A stretch of DNA of 62,970 bases, counting the filler, from Sphaeroforma arctica JP610 (Eukaryota): the NCBI RefSeq assembly GCF_001186125.1. It is 6 parts of 3 records of this genome, joined end to end, with 100 filler letters (N's around TTAATTAATTAA, not from the genome) between each part and the next. Parts side by side here need not be neighbours in the genome. Positions count along the whole stretch, not along the records: positions 1 to 24,336 come from NW_014040537.1; 5 more parts are not named here. One strand, given 5' to 3'. The notes under the pieces are model-generated. The model saw only the letters and a list, made by a program, of their open reading frames with translations. It was not told the DNA's origin and did no database searches. Both the position numbers and the translations under genes were made by a program. Shown here in pieces: positions 1 to 14,594 of this stretch. The first letter of the stretch is position 1; each line of letters begins with the position of its first letter.

Positions 1-3000
1 GAACTGACAAAGAATATGGAATAGTCATTGAAGCTATTGCAGTCCAGTAGGACTCGTATGATACAGGCGTATTGCTATAAAAAAAACTTCAAGAGCTGAG
101 TACTATACCTGTATTTTGTATTGTGTCAATTTCTACAGGCCACGCTACAATTGCTTTTATATTCGACTATATTTGAATCGCAGGACGAATGAAACGCTGG
201 TATGTTATAATATTCAAAAGGCTCTTCGTTGGCGTTTTAGATAATACGCACGGGGTAGGATCCTGCGTAGTATCTGAATCAAATCTCTTTGGCTGCTTAA
301 CAATTCGTTTGCTCACAGCCAATGTCGGCTAATACGTTTAAAAGAAAGAAAAAACACCAGTTCAACGAGAGAACGTTAACCGATAGTGTGGTCTTTGGTA
401 TGAGCTAGATTAATATGGAAGAATCTTTTATATGCTGTGGTGATTTATATCGGAATAGAATAGTAGCTATGACTAAAGTGGCGCGGTAACCTCGATTTCA
501 TGGATACGATATCACTTAAAAAAGAAGCAAGTATGAACAGATTGTGTTTAGTCACTGCGGTCCATAGACGAACATCTGTCCTCATACAAACCTAGTAGGT
601 AACAATTGATTCAATCGAAATCCTTCCAAAAGCAAGGGTTAAAAGCGATACATTCTCACATCGACCAGCGCAATACGAGACAATAATATATATTCAGCTG
701 TACGGATACGACCCAATCGTGTTGTTGCTATGACATTTATCTCGCTGTACAGTAATACCGAAAATCGACGTGATGCTCTGTGGTCGATACTCGAACCGTG
801 TGTCTACACGCTGGGCGTACAAGTCGCAAAAGCTTAAATATTCGCTCCCTCTTGACACAATTTCCATCCACGGGTACGAGGTTATATTGGCTTGATAGTA
901 AGTGGCTGTGTACTTTGCTTCTTGCCGACTCTCCCAATGAACTCACGTACATATGTGACCTGAACAACATATTGCTACATTAAATATATCTTGTCCACGA
1001 TATTCATTTGGCTGGTTTTGCATAATGCTGTCACCCGATTTATTTTAGTATGATAATATTAATGCCTGACTTACCTGAGGGGTCGATCGTGTGTACTTTA
1101 CGGGGCAGTCCTCGTCTATCTACGATACTGTAATAGGTAAAATATTATATAGTGTTGCGCTGATTTGGTTGCGACAAATGTCCTTCGAATTAGTTACTCA
1201 AAGCTCATTTTCCCAGCACATGTCTTTCCGGGCCCTCTACATACAGTCAGATATTTTGTCACCATACGTTTACAACTGTACCCGAAAATAGGTTTGCATA
1301 TCAAAAGAAACTTTGTATTGCAATTGTTATCATAATGTAAAACCTCGCGGAGGAATAGAATCTATACTGAACAATGTGCCAGAAATAACCGCAATATCAA
1401 GGCGTACCTATCCATACGCATAAAAGACATGGCATGTTTAAATATTTTTATTACGTATGCCGACGTGAGTTGCAGGGTTCTTCAGATCATAACCCATCAG
1501 TGCAAGAATTGGGGGAAAAGGTCAAGTGTTTCGAGTATCTCAAGCTTAATAAGTAGATGAATATATCATTAGAAATACAAAGTACCTTTCTGTTTTGTAA
1601 TTTCATGTCAGATTAACGTAGACAAATCATGGTTTCACCTCGGGCAATACAGGGTTTAAGACTTTATTGCGGGGATGCTGGAGATAGCAGAATGTATACT
1701 GAAGCGGTTTTACTAGTTTCACATGCTGATTCGTGCTAGGTTGATATAAGTTGCAACATAGTACCGCACTCCTCATCTTATTTAGTACATAATATGGATC
1801 TTAGCATATGTGAGCATCAAAACCTTAATCAAGATAGATTAATTCGCCTCGACAGGTATCAATTATAGTAAGAAGTACATTCAACTAACCCAACCCCTAA
1901 ACTCACGCCACTTCCAACTTTTATCTCAGCGGTATCGATTCTCACATATCCAGAGCCTCGTCAGGTAAACCTAAGCCCTACTGTTGTGCACATTGTCAAT
2001 TTGTTGGAATCTCTTACTACCAAGTTTTTGCGCATTCTGAGTTTGTACACAGTACTTCACTACACAAAAGCCATATCAATTGAGTAAGAATATGACTGAC
2101 AACCGTCTTGGAACAAACCACATATAATATGATATAGGCCACTATATCGGGAACGAGACACTAAGAGAATCCAACAATAATTTGCTTCCCATTTCTATAG
2201 TACGAGAAGAATAGTATTTACAAGATTATTAATAAAATTTTCATCAATGCAATAGTTTGAACTTGATTTTTTGACACATTGCGCATTATATAACGTATAT
2301 ACAAGTCTATTTGTACCAGCAACTATTATTTCATCTCCTGAGCAGCTCTTAGTATACATGAATATAATGACTATATGTACATTTATGGTGAGCAACAAGT
2401 GAAATTTAATTAAGTACTAGCCATTTATTTTACCCACACTGTACTGAAGTGGATGATCTGTGTTTATCTACTCTGTAGAGGATAATAGCCCGATATGTCG
2501 GTCATTTGTAATTACGATACTACTATTGCAAAAATCGACTCCTGGGCTCACGTTCTCTGATTCGAGGCCAAACAGAATTCACTACGATACACTTAGCACT
2601 TCATGATTGACTGTAACATTTAGTTCACAATCAAACTGACTGAAGATAATATGATACTGTTCATCCCCATTTAGCTTGATGTACAACTGGTTGGCCGGAA
2701 CCTGAACTTACATTGTAGAGTAGTCCAATATCTTGACAATCAGAAGTATAATTAATTGAATATAGTTACAGACAAGCTCGAACTACTAAAATGTTGGGAT
2801 GTTCGAATATTCATTGTGTGGTGGCAAGCTACATCGATTAAGAAGTGCACGCAGGATAGCGAGATCTAAACTTCAACGTTATTGCACATTAAATTATCCT
2901 AGCATATTTGTTTCAACATTCAAAAGGGACATAGCATACGCTATAATTTTATCTGCCAACCAGTCACAATAAGAAGATGCTTTATTCTACACGTACCATC

Positions 3001-3348
3001 GCACACGAAAACTATACCTTTAGATATTTATAACGAGCCATGTCTCCACACATACCTAGAAGAATTCTGACCACCAGATCTTGTTCATGCCCAGAGAGGT
3101 TCTTATGTATACAGATGTTCTGTACCCGCTGACACATCGCATAAACTACACTAAAAAATTTCATACTAAAATGTGTCTCACATTTGAGCGATATCGAATC
3201 TCTCCGTGGGCGCACAATTGGCGTATGCATTGGTTCGCTCGTAACTGGTGCATGTGGCTTGTGTACATTATCATAGTCGACACAGGTTGATATATCTACT
3301 TCAAGTATCCTATATACACATTTGAAGAAAAATTAAATCGTTTGAGAA

Positions 3349-3421
3349 TTTTCTCGGCCAGAATCGAACTGACGACCCTCACGGTGTAAACATGATGTGA
3401 TAACCCCTACACCACGAGAAA
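3349..3421 (-). tRNA. tRNA-Val, anticodon TAC
   Basis: The reverse complement folds as a 73-nt cloverleaf: acceptor stem TTTCTCG/CGAGAAA plus discriminator A, D-arm GTGTAGGGGTTATCAC, anticodon arm TCATG-TTTACAC-CGTGA, T-loop GTTCGATT. A T5 Pol III terminator follows about 16 nt downstream. Confidence 0.93.
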
Positions 3422-3928
3422 GTTGGATGCAATTCTATTTTTAATAATTTATTTGCATTTTTGTTTTGGTTTATATATCACGATGTTTCAAATGCATTCA
3501 CAGCGTTGAGTGCTCCCTACTATCGATATTTGTTTCAAAAATTAAAAATATTTTAAATACTGTCGTTTATTATTATCAGGATGAACATACTTATTACCGG
3601 GCCCCCAGGGGTCCTGACACCAGAGTTCGTGAATTGAAAAAGCTTGACACTGTACAATTTGTAAATACCGAATCTATGACGAAACATCGAATATTTTTTG
3701 TATTTCTTGTGAAGGACCTCTTTTGTCGGACTTGATGACTCGTGATGACACTCCATTCAGTCCCTCTCTTCTTGACTATAAAGTATAGAGACGAAGTAAA
3801 TACATTCAAAGTACAAATCGTATACAGAGGTATTTTTGAAGGAGACTACGAGTGTGTGCACATTTATGAACGACTCTACTTACAACCGTAGGCATCTTGT
3901 AAACCTATGTATCAAAATCTAAAACACA

Positions 3929-4331
3929 ATGACTACGGGGAGAGGAGCTCTTAGCATCTTCCTAAATGATGTTCCGGAACTATTCAAGTCTGTCGGTGTA
4001 TCCAAGTTTGAAGATGTGGACAATGCAAATGTTCTGGCGAAGCCCATTATCAACAAACTTCAGATGTTGATGGTGGGGGTAGGAAACGCGACGGATGCTG
4101 AAGAGGTACTTTGCTATAAACAACCAACGTACAATTGCCGGATTCAATTTGTGGTCGTGCGTCCACCAATATTTTATTGAACTCAATGCGGAGTGCCACA
4201 TATTTGATCGTTAAAACATTTTAGCTTCCTATGTTAGGATTATATATGTGCGTAAACACACTTACGCATACACACACACACATACACACACACACACGTG
4301 TACACACACACATATATACACACACACATGT

Positions 4332-4390
<59 letters not shown>

Positions 4391-4439
4391 TACGTGTACA
4401 CATACACACATATATATATATATATTTTACATGTATGCT

Positions 4440-4475
<36 letters not shown>

Positions 4476-4483
4476 AAATATAT

Positions 4484-4525
<42 letters not shown>

Positions 4526-4528
4526 TGC

Positions 4529-4564
<36 letters not shown>

Positions 4565-4967
4565 ATATATGCATGTTTATATATATATATATATATAATA
4601 CATAAGTAAATACGTATGCTCATCGCCGCAAGTATTAATATCTATTAACACAAATTATGATACTTCTGATGCCCAACATGCGCTTTGCACCCCCACCTGC
4701 CCGTTTGCCTATAAATTTTTACTTCCATGCGTCTCAGGTGATATCCTCCTTGCAACGACTTAATGCCCCCCCGACGACTTGCGGGCGAGTGTTTAAAAAC
4801 GGTGACCCCACTTTCCTGTGCAAAGACTGTGCGAACGATCCCACGTGCGTGTTGTGTCAGACCTGCTTCCAGGATAGCAATCACCGCACCCACAACTACA
4901 TCATGTCTACCTCCGGAGGCGGAGGTGAGTTTGTGTGTAATGTTTAAGATTTGCGCATACACACACG

Positions 4968-4998
<31 letters not shown>

Positions 4999-7900
4999 GG
5001 GAATTATATGGGCGACAAAAAGCCCGTGCGTGTGTTGCTGCTGACCTGTTATATGTCCTTGTTTGAGTGGCCTTGACCCCACGAGTAGTGTACTGGAATG
5101 TACTGTTTGTTTCGGGTATTATGTGTGGGTTGGCTCAGCCGGTACGGTCGACACTGTCTATGGTTGAGGACATATGCACCTGTTTCCATAAGTGCACCAA
5201 CGACTGCATGATGTTCCTGGGAGACGTGTTGTATGCGGATAAGCGATAGCCGCTTCCTTGTGTATGCGTACATGCACTACTTTTGGCGGGGTGCGATGAC
5301 AAGGTTTTAGTGAGTCATTACTTGGGCGTTCCGTATAAACGAGGGGTTAAGTCCTGACCCACGCCGTGTAGATCTGCGAGTCTTTTGTGGTTTTGTGAGT
5401 GTAGCGCGCTTGGGAATCTGCAGATGTAGTGTGTGCGTTTTAGGGTTTTAGGGTTGTTTGTCCGATACATAATCGCGTGCGCGCAGGCCAAGAGAGCAAG
5501 CCGCGTATATGTCGATATCACCTTCATTTGCGGACTACTTGCTGGTAATCTAACCAGCGATGTATGTGCACAATGTCTTGTGATCCCTATCGACCTCCAC
5601 GCATTCGCAGGATATGTTGTGTCGTTCATTCTCGGAACTCACTGGCAGTTGTGGGTATCATCTACCCACTGTGTACTGCTAAGTGCGCTCTAACACCTCG
5701 CTTCGAACATGTATGCGGAGTGCCCCCGTGCGGGTTGCCATGGTTACTTTATCTAATCGCAATGCGCCTGACACGACGATGGGCATATTCGGTTCTATAA
5801 TAGGACTGCGTCGATGTGCTTTGATACTAGTCCAGCCTTACAGGCATATATGTATGCGGGTCCGCACAAATTAATATAAGACTGTGCCGCTGCATCGCGA
5901 TATTTGTCTAGCACTCTACAGGCATACATGTTTATGGTTCGTATAGAGTACATGCAAATGCGACCCATGCAATTGCTGGTCGGGTTTGCGTTTTCCTTGT
6001 GCTATGTGTAGCTCCTGTGGGATTTAGTTGGAATACACAGGCTTTTAGGCTCAGGCCATCCACCCTATATGATGCGTGTGTCTAAGTATACACCATACCA
6101 AACGCATGGATATATGTCCCCATCCTGCGACGGATATTCATACACCGGTACACATATCTATTTTCCATAAGACACTCTATATAGCCTACCTACCACATTG
6201 CGCATGCTTCCGAATAGCTCAGTGATATATACGTCTTACTACAACACGTGCGCGCTCTTCATCTCTGCTACTGCTGCTACAGGTTGCTGTGACTGTGGTG
6301 ATCCCGAGGCGTGGGTAGACAGCACAGCCCACTGCGTCAAGCACAGCCCTCAGGAACTGACAGGCGCCGACGGCAAGCCACTGAACCCCGTAGACTTGTT
6401 ACCCAAGGTGTGATAGTGTTTGCATGTGCATGTGCATGTGCGTGTATGTCCTTATGTGCTAGTTTGTGTGTACATGGTATACGTTTCCGTGTATTTATGG
6501 CTGCGTCGATGTGTATGTAGGGGTGTGTGTGTGTGTGTGTGGTGGTCTCTGAATGTGTACCTATGGGCTGTGGTAGGCCATGCACCGGTGTGCTATTCGA
6601 TTAGTTAGTGGCCCCGGGGGCACTGATCTACGTTGTATGGTTCATCCCTTGAGATCATACCAGTTGCAAGCAATGTACACTCTTACAATGGCACTGTTTC
6701 CCTACAGATGTGTGTTGTAGGCTCCTACTCTGCTCGTGTATTAATCGTGTACAAACTACATCACGTACCTATAACTAAAATGTCTACACACAAACTACGC
6801 GCTTTTATTCCACTTATATGGTCTAATGTTCAAATAATTCACATTATTAACATACGTGTCTATATCCATCTTTCATTCTTTAATATTCAAATGTTTCGCA
6901 TTATTAACATACGTGCCTATACCCATCTCCCATGGTTAAATATTCAAATGCTTCACATTATTTATATATGTTGCCTATATACAATTCATATGGTTAGATA
7001 TCCAAATGCTCCACTTTATTAGTATACGTGCTTATGAACACCTCCCATAATTCCAGGGTCTAATTTTGTCCTCTGGACCGCTGCTGAAGTGCGTTGTGCT
7101 ATACATCACTTGGGTACTGGGGGGTGGTCTGGAGTGGAGCTCTGGGGACACCTACGACGCACCTCTCAGTACTGGACAATTAAACAGGAACGAGACCGCC
7201 CCGGCCTTTGCGCAACAGGCGGACAAGTGGATTGAAGACGAGGACCTGTCACCCAAATGGCACGCGGTGCTGCTGAACGACGAGACTCACTCGTTTCACT
7301 CAGTCACTTCTCAGCTCATGAAGGCCATTAACGCACCTAAACAACGCCGCGAGGAGATCGCCATGATAGTCGATTCGTATGTACACGACTATGTGTGTGT
7401 GTGTGTGTTGGTGCGGTGTTAGTTGACTAGGAGGTTGTATGTATGCGTTAGGCTATTGGGATGGATTGATTTGTGTGTGAAAATCGATTTGTATGATAGG
7501 TTTAACTACTGGGATGTGTATGTTAGACCGCCGTGATCTTAAGAATCGTACGGGAACAGATATGTATATACAGAACAACTGTTATGATTCGTACGTGAAC
7601 AGTTGTGTAGATACCAGTCAGCTGTGATTGTACGTGGTCAGATATTTACATATGAGAGACCTATGATTGCTGATACGTAAGTGAACACTCTTAACTATGA
7701 GACTGTATCTGTCAGACCTTTGTGATAGTTTGGTTCGTGTGATCGTCTAATACATAGGAGCGCAGATAATTACCTATCAGTCAATTATAGTAGTTTTGAC
7801 ACGTTTGACACTTTTGACACATACGTGGATAGGGGAGACCTTAAGACCATGTAAACGGATGTTTATATCAGATAACACGTATGCATGCCGGTATGTCACA

Positions 7901-9277
7901 ATCACCACTAAGCGCGCCCAATTATCTGTATCTATAAATAGCCACGGCTGGGCGTCCTTCATGGTAAGCAGCAAAAGCCGGTGTCAAGCGGTGTGTGACA
8001 CGCTCAAAGAGATTCGCCTGAAAACACGTGTCATAAATGCCAAGGTTATGAGTCATATGTTCTGTGCTATGGCTATGACCAAATGGCTGCGCAATCTGTG
8101 CGCGGCCTCAGACGGTCTCCGAGTGCTGGTTTCAGATGCGCTGGTGGCGCCTGTGGATATGGGATACAGGTACGTGCATGTGGGTGGGATATGTGTATAT
8201 GTGTATACATGTGGGTGTGGGCTATAGGTAGGTATATGTAGGTATGGCAGGTGTAAATAGGTATAAACACGGGTGTTATAGGTTAGTATATGTATGTATG
8301 ACATGTGCATATGTGTATACACGTTGCTATGATGATCAGCTATGTATACGTAGACATGGCATGTGCATATGTGTATACATATGGGTGTGAGTTACAGGTA
8401 CGTACACGTGAATACAATTCCGGAGCACGGTTGGATATGTGCATACATACACAACACACACACACATATCGTTTTAGCACAGAAACTGATGTGCCGCGGT
8501 GCTCTCCTGGTCTGCAATTATCTATCGGCCTTGACTCTGTTACTTTCATGATTCAGTCCGCATGTGTGGTCGCGGTTGAAGGGTATCGTGTCTCAGCTCA
8601 GTTGGTCAATTGCTCTACGGATAGCATTACAGTGCGAGCATTCCATCATCGTATTCTGTACTCAAATTTCATGTGCGGGTCCTATGTATATGTAACTTGC
8701 TTTTTGGTTGTATGTCATGTGTTATTATACATAACTATTAGGCTTCTTTACAAATTCATATTTTCAGAAGTTTTACTTCTTGTTCTAAAACGAAACACCA
8801 TACACATTCATACAGTAGCACATGTGTGTACTTAAAAGAGCGTACACTCACGGACCTTCACTTACAATAAGCACCGTCAATCTACAAGCAACACACGTCA
8901 ACAAGTACTTTTCCTACCAGTAAATCCAGTACAAACCAATGTATGATATGTTCTCCTCTCTCCATAAATATGTACAGGAGAGGCATGCTACTGAGTATAG
9001 ACAATGAGAAAACACGCATGTCGTCCGAGGGTGTGGGCGTGCGTCTCACACCGCGCTTGTTCGGCGGAGAAGTCTATGAGTGGGTGCACTTAGACGTTGG
9101 CACAGTTTCTGACCAGTTAACAGATACAGATACATCAGACGAGGACGAGGATGAGGATAGCGAGATGGAGAGTATGTATCTATTGGTGTGGTGATGAATA
9201 TGTATGTTCAAGATATATATATATACCATACACACACATACATACACACACACATATATTTATATATATATATATAC

Positions 9278-9332
<55 letters not shown>

Positions 9333-12170
9333 TACATATATGTATGTATGTACCCACACCCGCACACACACACACACAANNNNNNNNNNNNNNNNNNNNT
9401 ACATATATGTATGTATGTACCCACACCACCACCACACACACACACACAAATATATATATATACAGGATACATACATCCATACATACATACATATATACAT
9501 ACAAACATAGATATATATACATACATACATACATACATACATGCTTATATACATTCAAACGTACATACAAACATACATCCATACATCCATACATACATAC
9601 ATACGAACGTACATAACATACATACATACATACATGAATACGTACGTACATAGATACATATATACATAGATACATACATAGATACATACATACATGCCTA
9701 GATATATACATACATACAAACAAACATAAGTATATATACGTATATATTACCGAATAGTGTAAGAATGTCTTCGGACACTTCACAAGACTAAGGTAAAGAT
9801 AAAGCGGCGATGCTTCCCAATCCGATACACAACGATACTGTAAAGTCTACGAGTTCTGCATCACACTGTATACGAGTATTAGTAGTAACCAGCACCTTAA
9901 TCTTAATTAACACTTCTTTACGATTAAAATCTGGACAACACATCACATGCACAAAGCACACAGACTATATCGTGTACTATATGAATTATATACCCACGTA
10001 TCGCAACACAGACAAACCTACCGAATTCCGTCTACCTACATGTAATAACATATATCCCACTCCCTACCTACCACCAGCTAATGACGATGATGACGATATA
10101 GACATGATACCCGCGTTAATGTCCGACAGCAGTGACAGCGATACTCCGTTTATCACCAATACGATCACTAACACGACCAATAATACGACAAGTACTAGTA
10201 ACGATAATACCACCACGGTACAAGAGGCTCTGCGTACAGGCACTCCAGCCCAGCAGCACGCTGCCATCATCGCACTACATGGCCAAACACCCGGACCAAC
10301 AACAACACAACCAACAACAGCAACAACAACACCACCACCAACAACAACATCAACACCACCAACAACAACACCACCAACAACAGCAACAACAACACCACCA
10401 ACAACAACATCATCAACAACACATGATGTACAGCCTCTCACCACAGCCACAGCCACACACACCCGAGTCCATGGCAACGCCCCCCCGACACGGGGGCGCG
10501 GGTGGGGTGTGCGTGGCCTGAGAGGCGCGGCACGGGGTGGTACGAGAGCCGTGAGAGAAGTGAGGGATGCGGGTGGTACCAACACCAATGCAGATGGGGC
10601 TGTCCATCTGGGGCAGGGGCAGCCCCATGGGCGCACCCATGCGGGAGCGAATGGGACCGGCGGCCCTGTCCCGGCTGTGTTTGGTCCGGGTACACCTGTG
10701 GGTGGTAGTGGGTCGTCGATGCGGAGTATAGGGAAGGGGAATGCGAGACGTGCGCGTATCAAGTGGCGAAAGCAACTGTGCAAGGAGGTGTGTGGGTGGC
10801 GCGTGGCGACGGGGACTTTTGGCGGGAAACCCGCTGGGGTGGGTGGAGTAGATGGAGCAGCGGAGCAACTTACCTACCTGGATGTACAGATGATGAGCAA
10901 CACGCCGTGCTGGAAAGCGCCGCGGCTGTGTCTGCAGCGGTTGTATATTGAGAGTTTGCTGCAGATCTTGTTCTACAAACAGGTATGTACACGTCTATTC
11001 GTGATGTATTAACTTGTACATTAATTGAGAGTCTGTTACACATTTGTTATACAAACAGGTATGTACACGTCTATACATGATGTATTAATTTGTACATTTT
11101 TGAGAGTCTGTTACATATTTGTTCTACAAACAGGTATGTGCACGTCTTTTTGTGATGTATTGACTTGTATACTATTGAGAGTCTGCTACACATTTGTTCT
11201 ACAAACAGGTATGTGCGCGTGTGTTCGTGTATGTATTGAAATGCAAGTGACCTATTCTAGTGCATATCGAGGGTTTTCTGATAGTCTTGTCTTGCCCTGT
11301 CAAAAGGTACGTGCGAGTGTGTTTCTGTGTGTATCGGAATGCATGGGGCCTTGTCGAGTGTATGTCAAGAGTATGCTCAGATTTCGTCCTACACATAGGC
11401 ATGTGTGTAAGTGTATGTGTATTTGTTTATATATGATTGAATGCGGCTGTGTCGAGTGTATATTTGCGAGTTTTCTACAGTCGTCCTACAACAACTTGCA
11501 TGGTGTGTGAGCATGGATGTGAATTGTATCTACGCGTCCTACAGCCCACCTACCCAACCGAACCCAACCCAACCCAACCCAACTCAACCCAACCCGACCC
11601 CACTCAACCCAAACCAATCCAACCCCACTCAACCCAACACAAACCAAACAAACCCAACAAACCCACTCCCGTCCACCCACAGGCCTTTGCCTTCGCCTAC
11701 GTGCGCAACTACCGGGTGATCCACAGCCACTTCTGTCGCAGCGACATCATGTCGTCGGACTCCCTCACGAACGTCTCGGTGCAGCTGTTTACCGTGCCCA
11801 GCATAGTGTCCTACCTACACGCACGTACGGATGTACTGGGGATCATGACCGACACACTGGAGTACGTGCTTGAGCCTGTCCTGGGCCATGAGGAGGAGCG
11901 GCGGTGGCAGAAAAAGTCACTCAAGCGCGAAATCAAGCGCGAAAAAGGTATGTCTCATACTAGTAGGCACGGTCGCAAGGATGAATGTATATGTGGAACA
12001 TCAAACACGGGACACGTATTGCATGCCTGTCTGTGTGTAAGTGCAGTGTTGTCTAGTAGGCGTAGTCCTGAACAGGAATGAAAGTATGTGTGGAACATCA
12101 AACAAGGAACACGAATGTGCGTGTCTGTCTGTCTGTGTAAATCCAGTTTTATATACATACATACATTCAT

Positions 12171-12207
<37 letters not shown>

Positions 12208-14460
12208 GTGCCACCGCCTGCTGTTTACTGCCTATACCCTCAAACACTAATCCCTATACCCTCGGCTTAGACATACGTATGTACGCAAGAACGATCCCAT
12301 ACCAAATACCAAGAGACTCGCTCACGCACCAGACAGCCTCTCATTCTACTACACGAGCATTCTGCATATGATCTGCTCGATTGTATTGGCACACCTTCAC
12401 ACTCTGAGCAAATACACTATAACTACTATTTGATTTACACGCACAAAACTGGGCACCAGACACCACACATGCATGCATACCCTGCACATGCACCGTAGAC
12501 ACGCATATGCACACCAGGCATGTCTTCTAAGGCAGGCGTCTGGTACACCACAACCCAGAACGTCTTGATACATTATATAGATAGGCATGTACAAAAACGC
12601 TATCACCTCAACCCAGAACGACTAGATACATTATATTTAGAGGCATGTACAAAAACGTTATCACCTCAACCCAGAACGACTTGATACATTATATTTAGAG
12701 GCATGTACAAAAACGTTCTCACCACAACCCAGAACGACTTGATACATTATATTTAGAGGCATGTACAAAAACGTTCTCACCACAACCCAGAACGACTTGA
12801 TACATTATATTTAGAGGCATGTACAAAAACGTTCTCACCACAACCCAGAACGACTTGATACATTATATTTAGAGGCATGTACAAAAATGTTCTAATGTAT
12901 ACCTTCCACGCGTGTAAATGTGTGCAGAAGCGGACGAAAGTCCCCGTCACAGGGCTGAAAGTGGGACTGCTGGTCAGTCCGCATATGGGAACACTGCGAC
13001 GACAACGTCTGCTGAGGAGCGAACCGCCGGAGACTCCAGCACGCACACACACACGCACTCAGCAGCTACAGATGAGGGTACGTGCGTGGATACTAGCACA
13101 CACACCGCCACAGAGAGAGCGACGGGCGATAGTACGACAATTACGGATGATCTGAATGTGTGGCATGTGTGGTGTGGCAATGGAGAGTTTAGATATATGC
13201 GACGGTTTGGGGTGTTGGTGGATCTGAAGTATCTGCTCAGGCACGCGTATATTTTGGCGGGAAAGGGGCCCGAGGAGGAGAGTGTGGGGGAGAGGCTCGA
13301 GCACCACGTGCATCGCAAAGAGGCGAGTTTGCGTGAACGTGTGTGTGTATGCGTACGTGTGCAGAGATACACATGTACATATTTGGGGTGGATGTAGATA
13401 CAAATTATAGGGTGAGTGTATGATGGGTATGCATGTCGGGAGTAGGGTTGTACAAATAGCTTATACATCACATACATACAGATAGATTAATAGTCCGTGG
13501 ATCCTTCGGTATATTCTTGTATCAGGATATAGAGATTGACGTGGGTTTTACACGCACATAAATACATATACACATCGAATAGCCTGCGCAATACCAACGA
13601 ACATCTGTATTGTATTTCTGTACGCATAGAATGAAGGTCTCATGACCCTTGTATGCTTTGTCTGTAGGTAGGTACACGACCAAGGGGTTGTCCTGGTAGT
13701 GTGGATCTGTACTCAACCACTTCGTATGTAACTCGTCCAAGAGCCCCTATCCGATCCACGCGGTCCAGTATATGACTAACACGTGGACGGAAGTATATGC
13801 ATGGAGGTTTTGTACCGTACGCATGAAGTGTGTTTATGTAGGCGTGTGTGTTCATGTAGGCGTGTGTTTATGTAGGTGTGTGTCTGAGGTACAGTCGATG
13901 TTTGCCTTATATTACGGACTTGAACACAATCTCTCCACATTTAATTACCCATTCTCGTCGATGAATTACCTCAATACGGGGTTTTTTAGGGTTTTAGTGA
14001 AACCCTATTCTCTTCGATTGATTACCCAATCTCAATCGATTTTAGGGCTTTAGGGTATCAATAAAACTCTCCAATTGATTACCTATTCCCATTTATCAGT
14101 CAACCTAATCATTTCTCCCAATATTAAGCACTCACCTTCCTCGACAGCCCACACAAGTATCAATTCCTCATACCGTCCTCACCTCCACCTCCACCCCCAA
14201 CCTCAACCAGACCGTCATGAAGCACCTACTGAAGCTCAGCGGCATATTCAACGGCATGGACTGTGTGAGGCGTAAATTGGGTACCCACGTAGAGTACGAA
14301 GATCGTGCCTGGCTGGAGGCGTTTAATCTATACATCCACTTCGCACCGTGTCTGGATCAACTGGTGGCCATCATCACCTTACTTGACCAGACGCCCAGCA
14401 TCGATAACGGTATGAATAGCGGTACGGTTATAACACACACACACACACATACACACACAT

Positions 14461-14503
<43 letters not shown>

Positions 14504-14532
14504 TATACACACATATATATATACATATATAT

Positions 14533-14594
<62 letters not shown>

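Noticed and set aside
100..3230. Possible minus-strand multi-exon gene (donor-like sites near 108, 1074 and 3056; peptides such as SNIKAIVAWPVEIDT and RRGLPRKVHTIDPS)
   Set aside because: The pieces are short and I could not chain them into a consistent frame or recognise a family. It remains possible and needs RNA-seq.
4221..4605. ORFs rich in YI, HT and CV here and throughout the window
   Set aside because: They are translations of (TA)n, (CA)n and (TG)n microsatellites inside introns.
12550..12893. CRISPR-like regular repeats (also 19232-19586, 34359-34438, 54428-54580)
   Set aside because: The units are head-to-tail with no unique spacers, the context is eukaryotic, and no cas genes are present.
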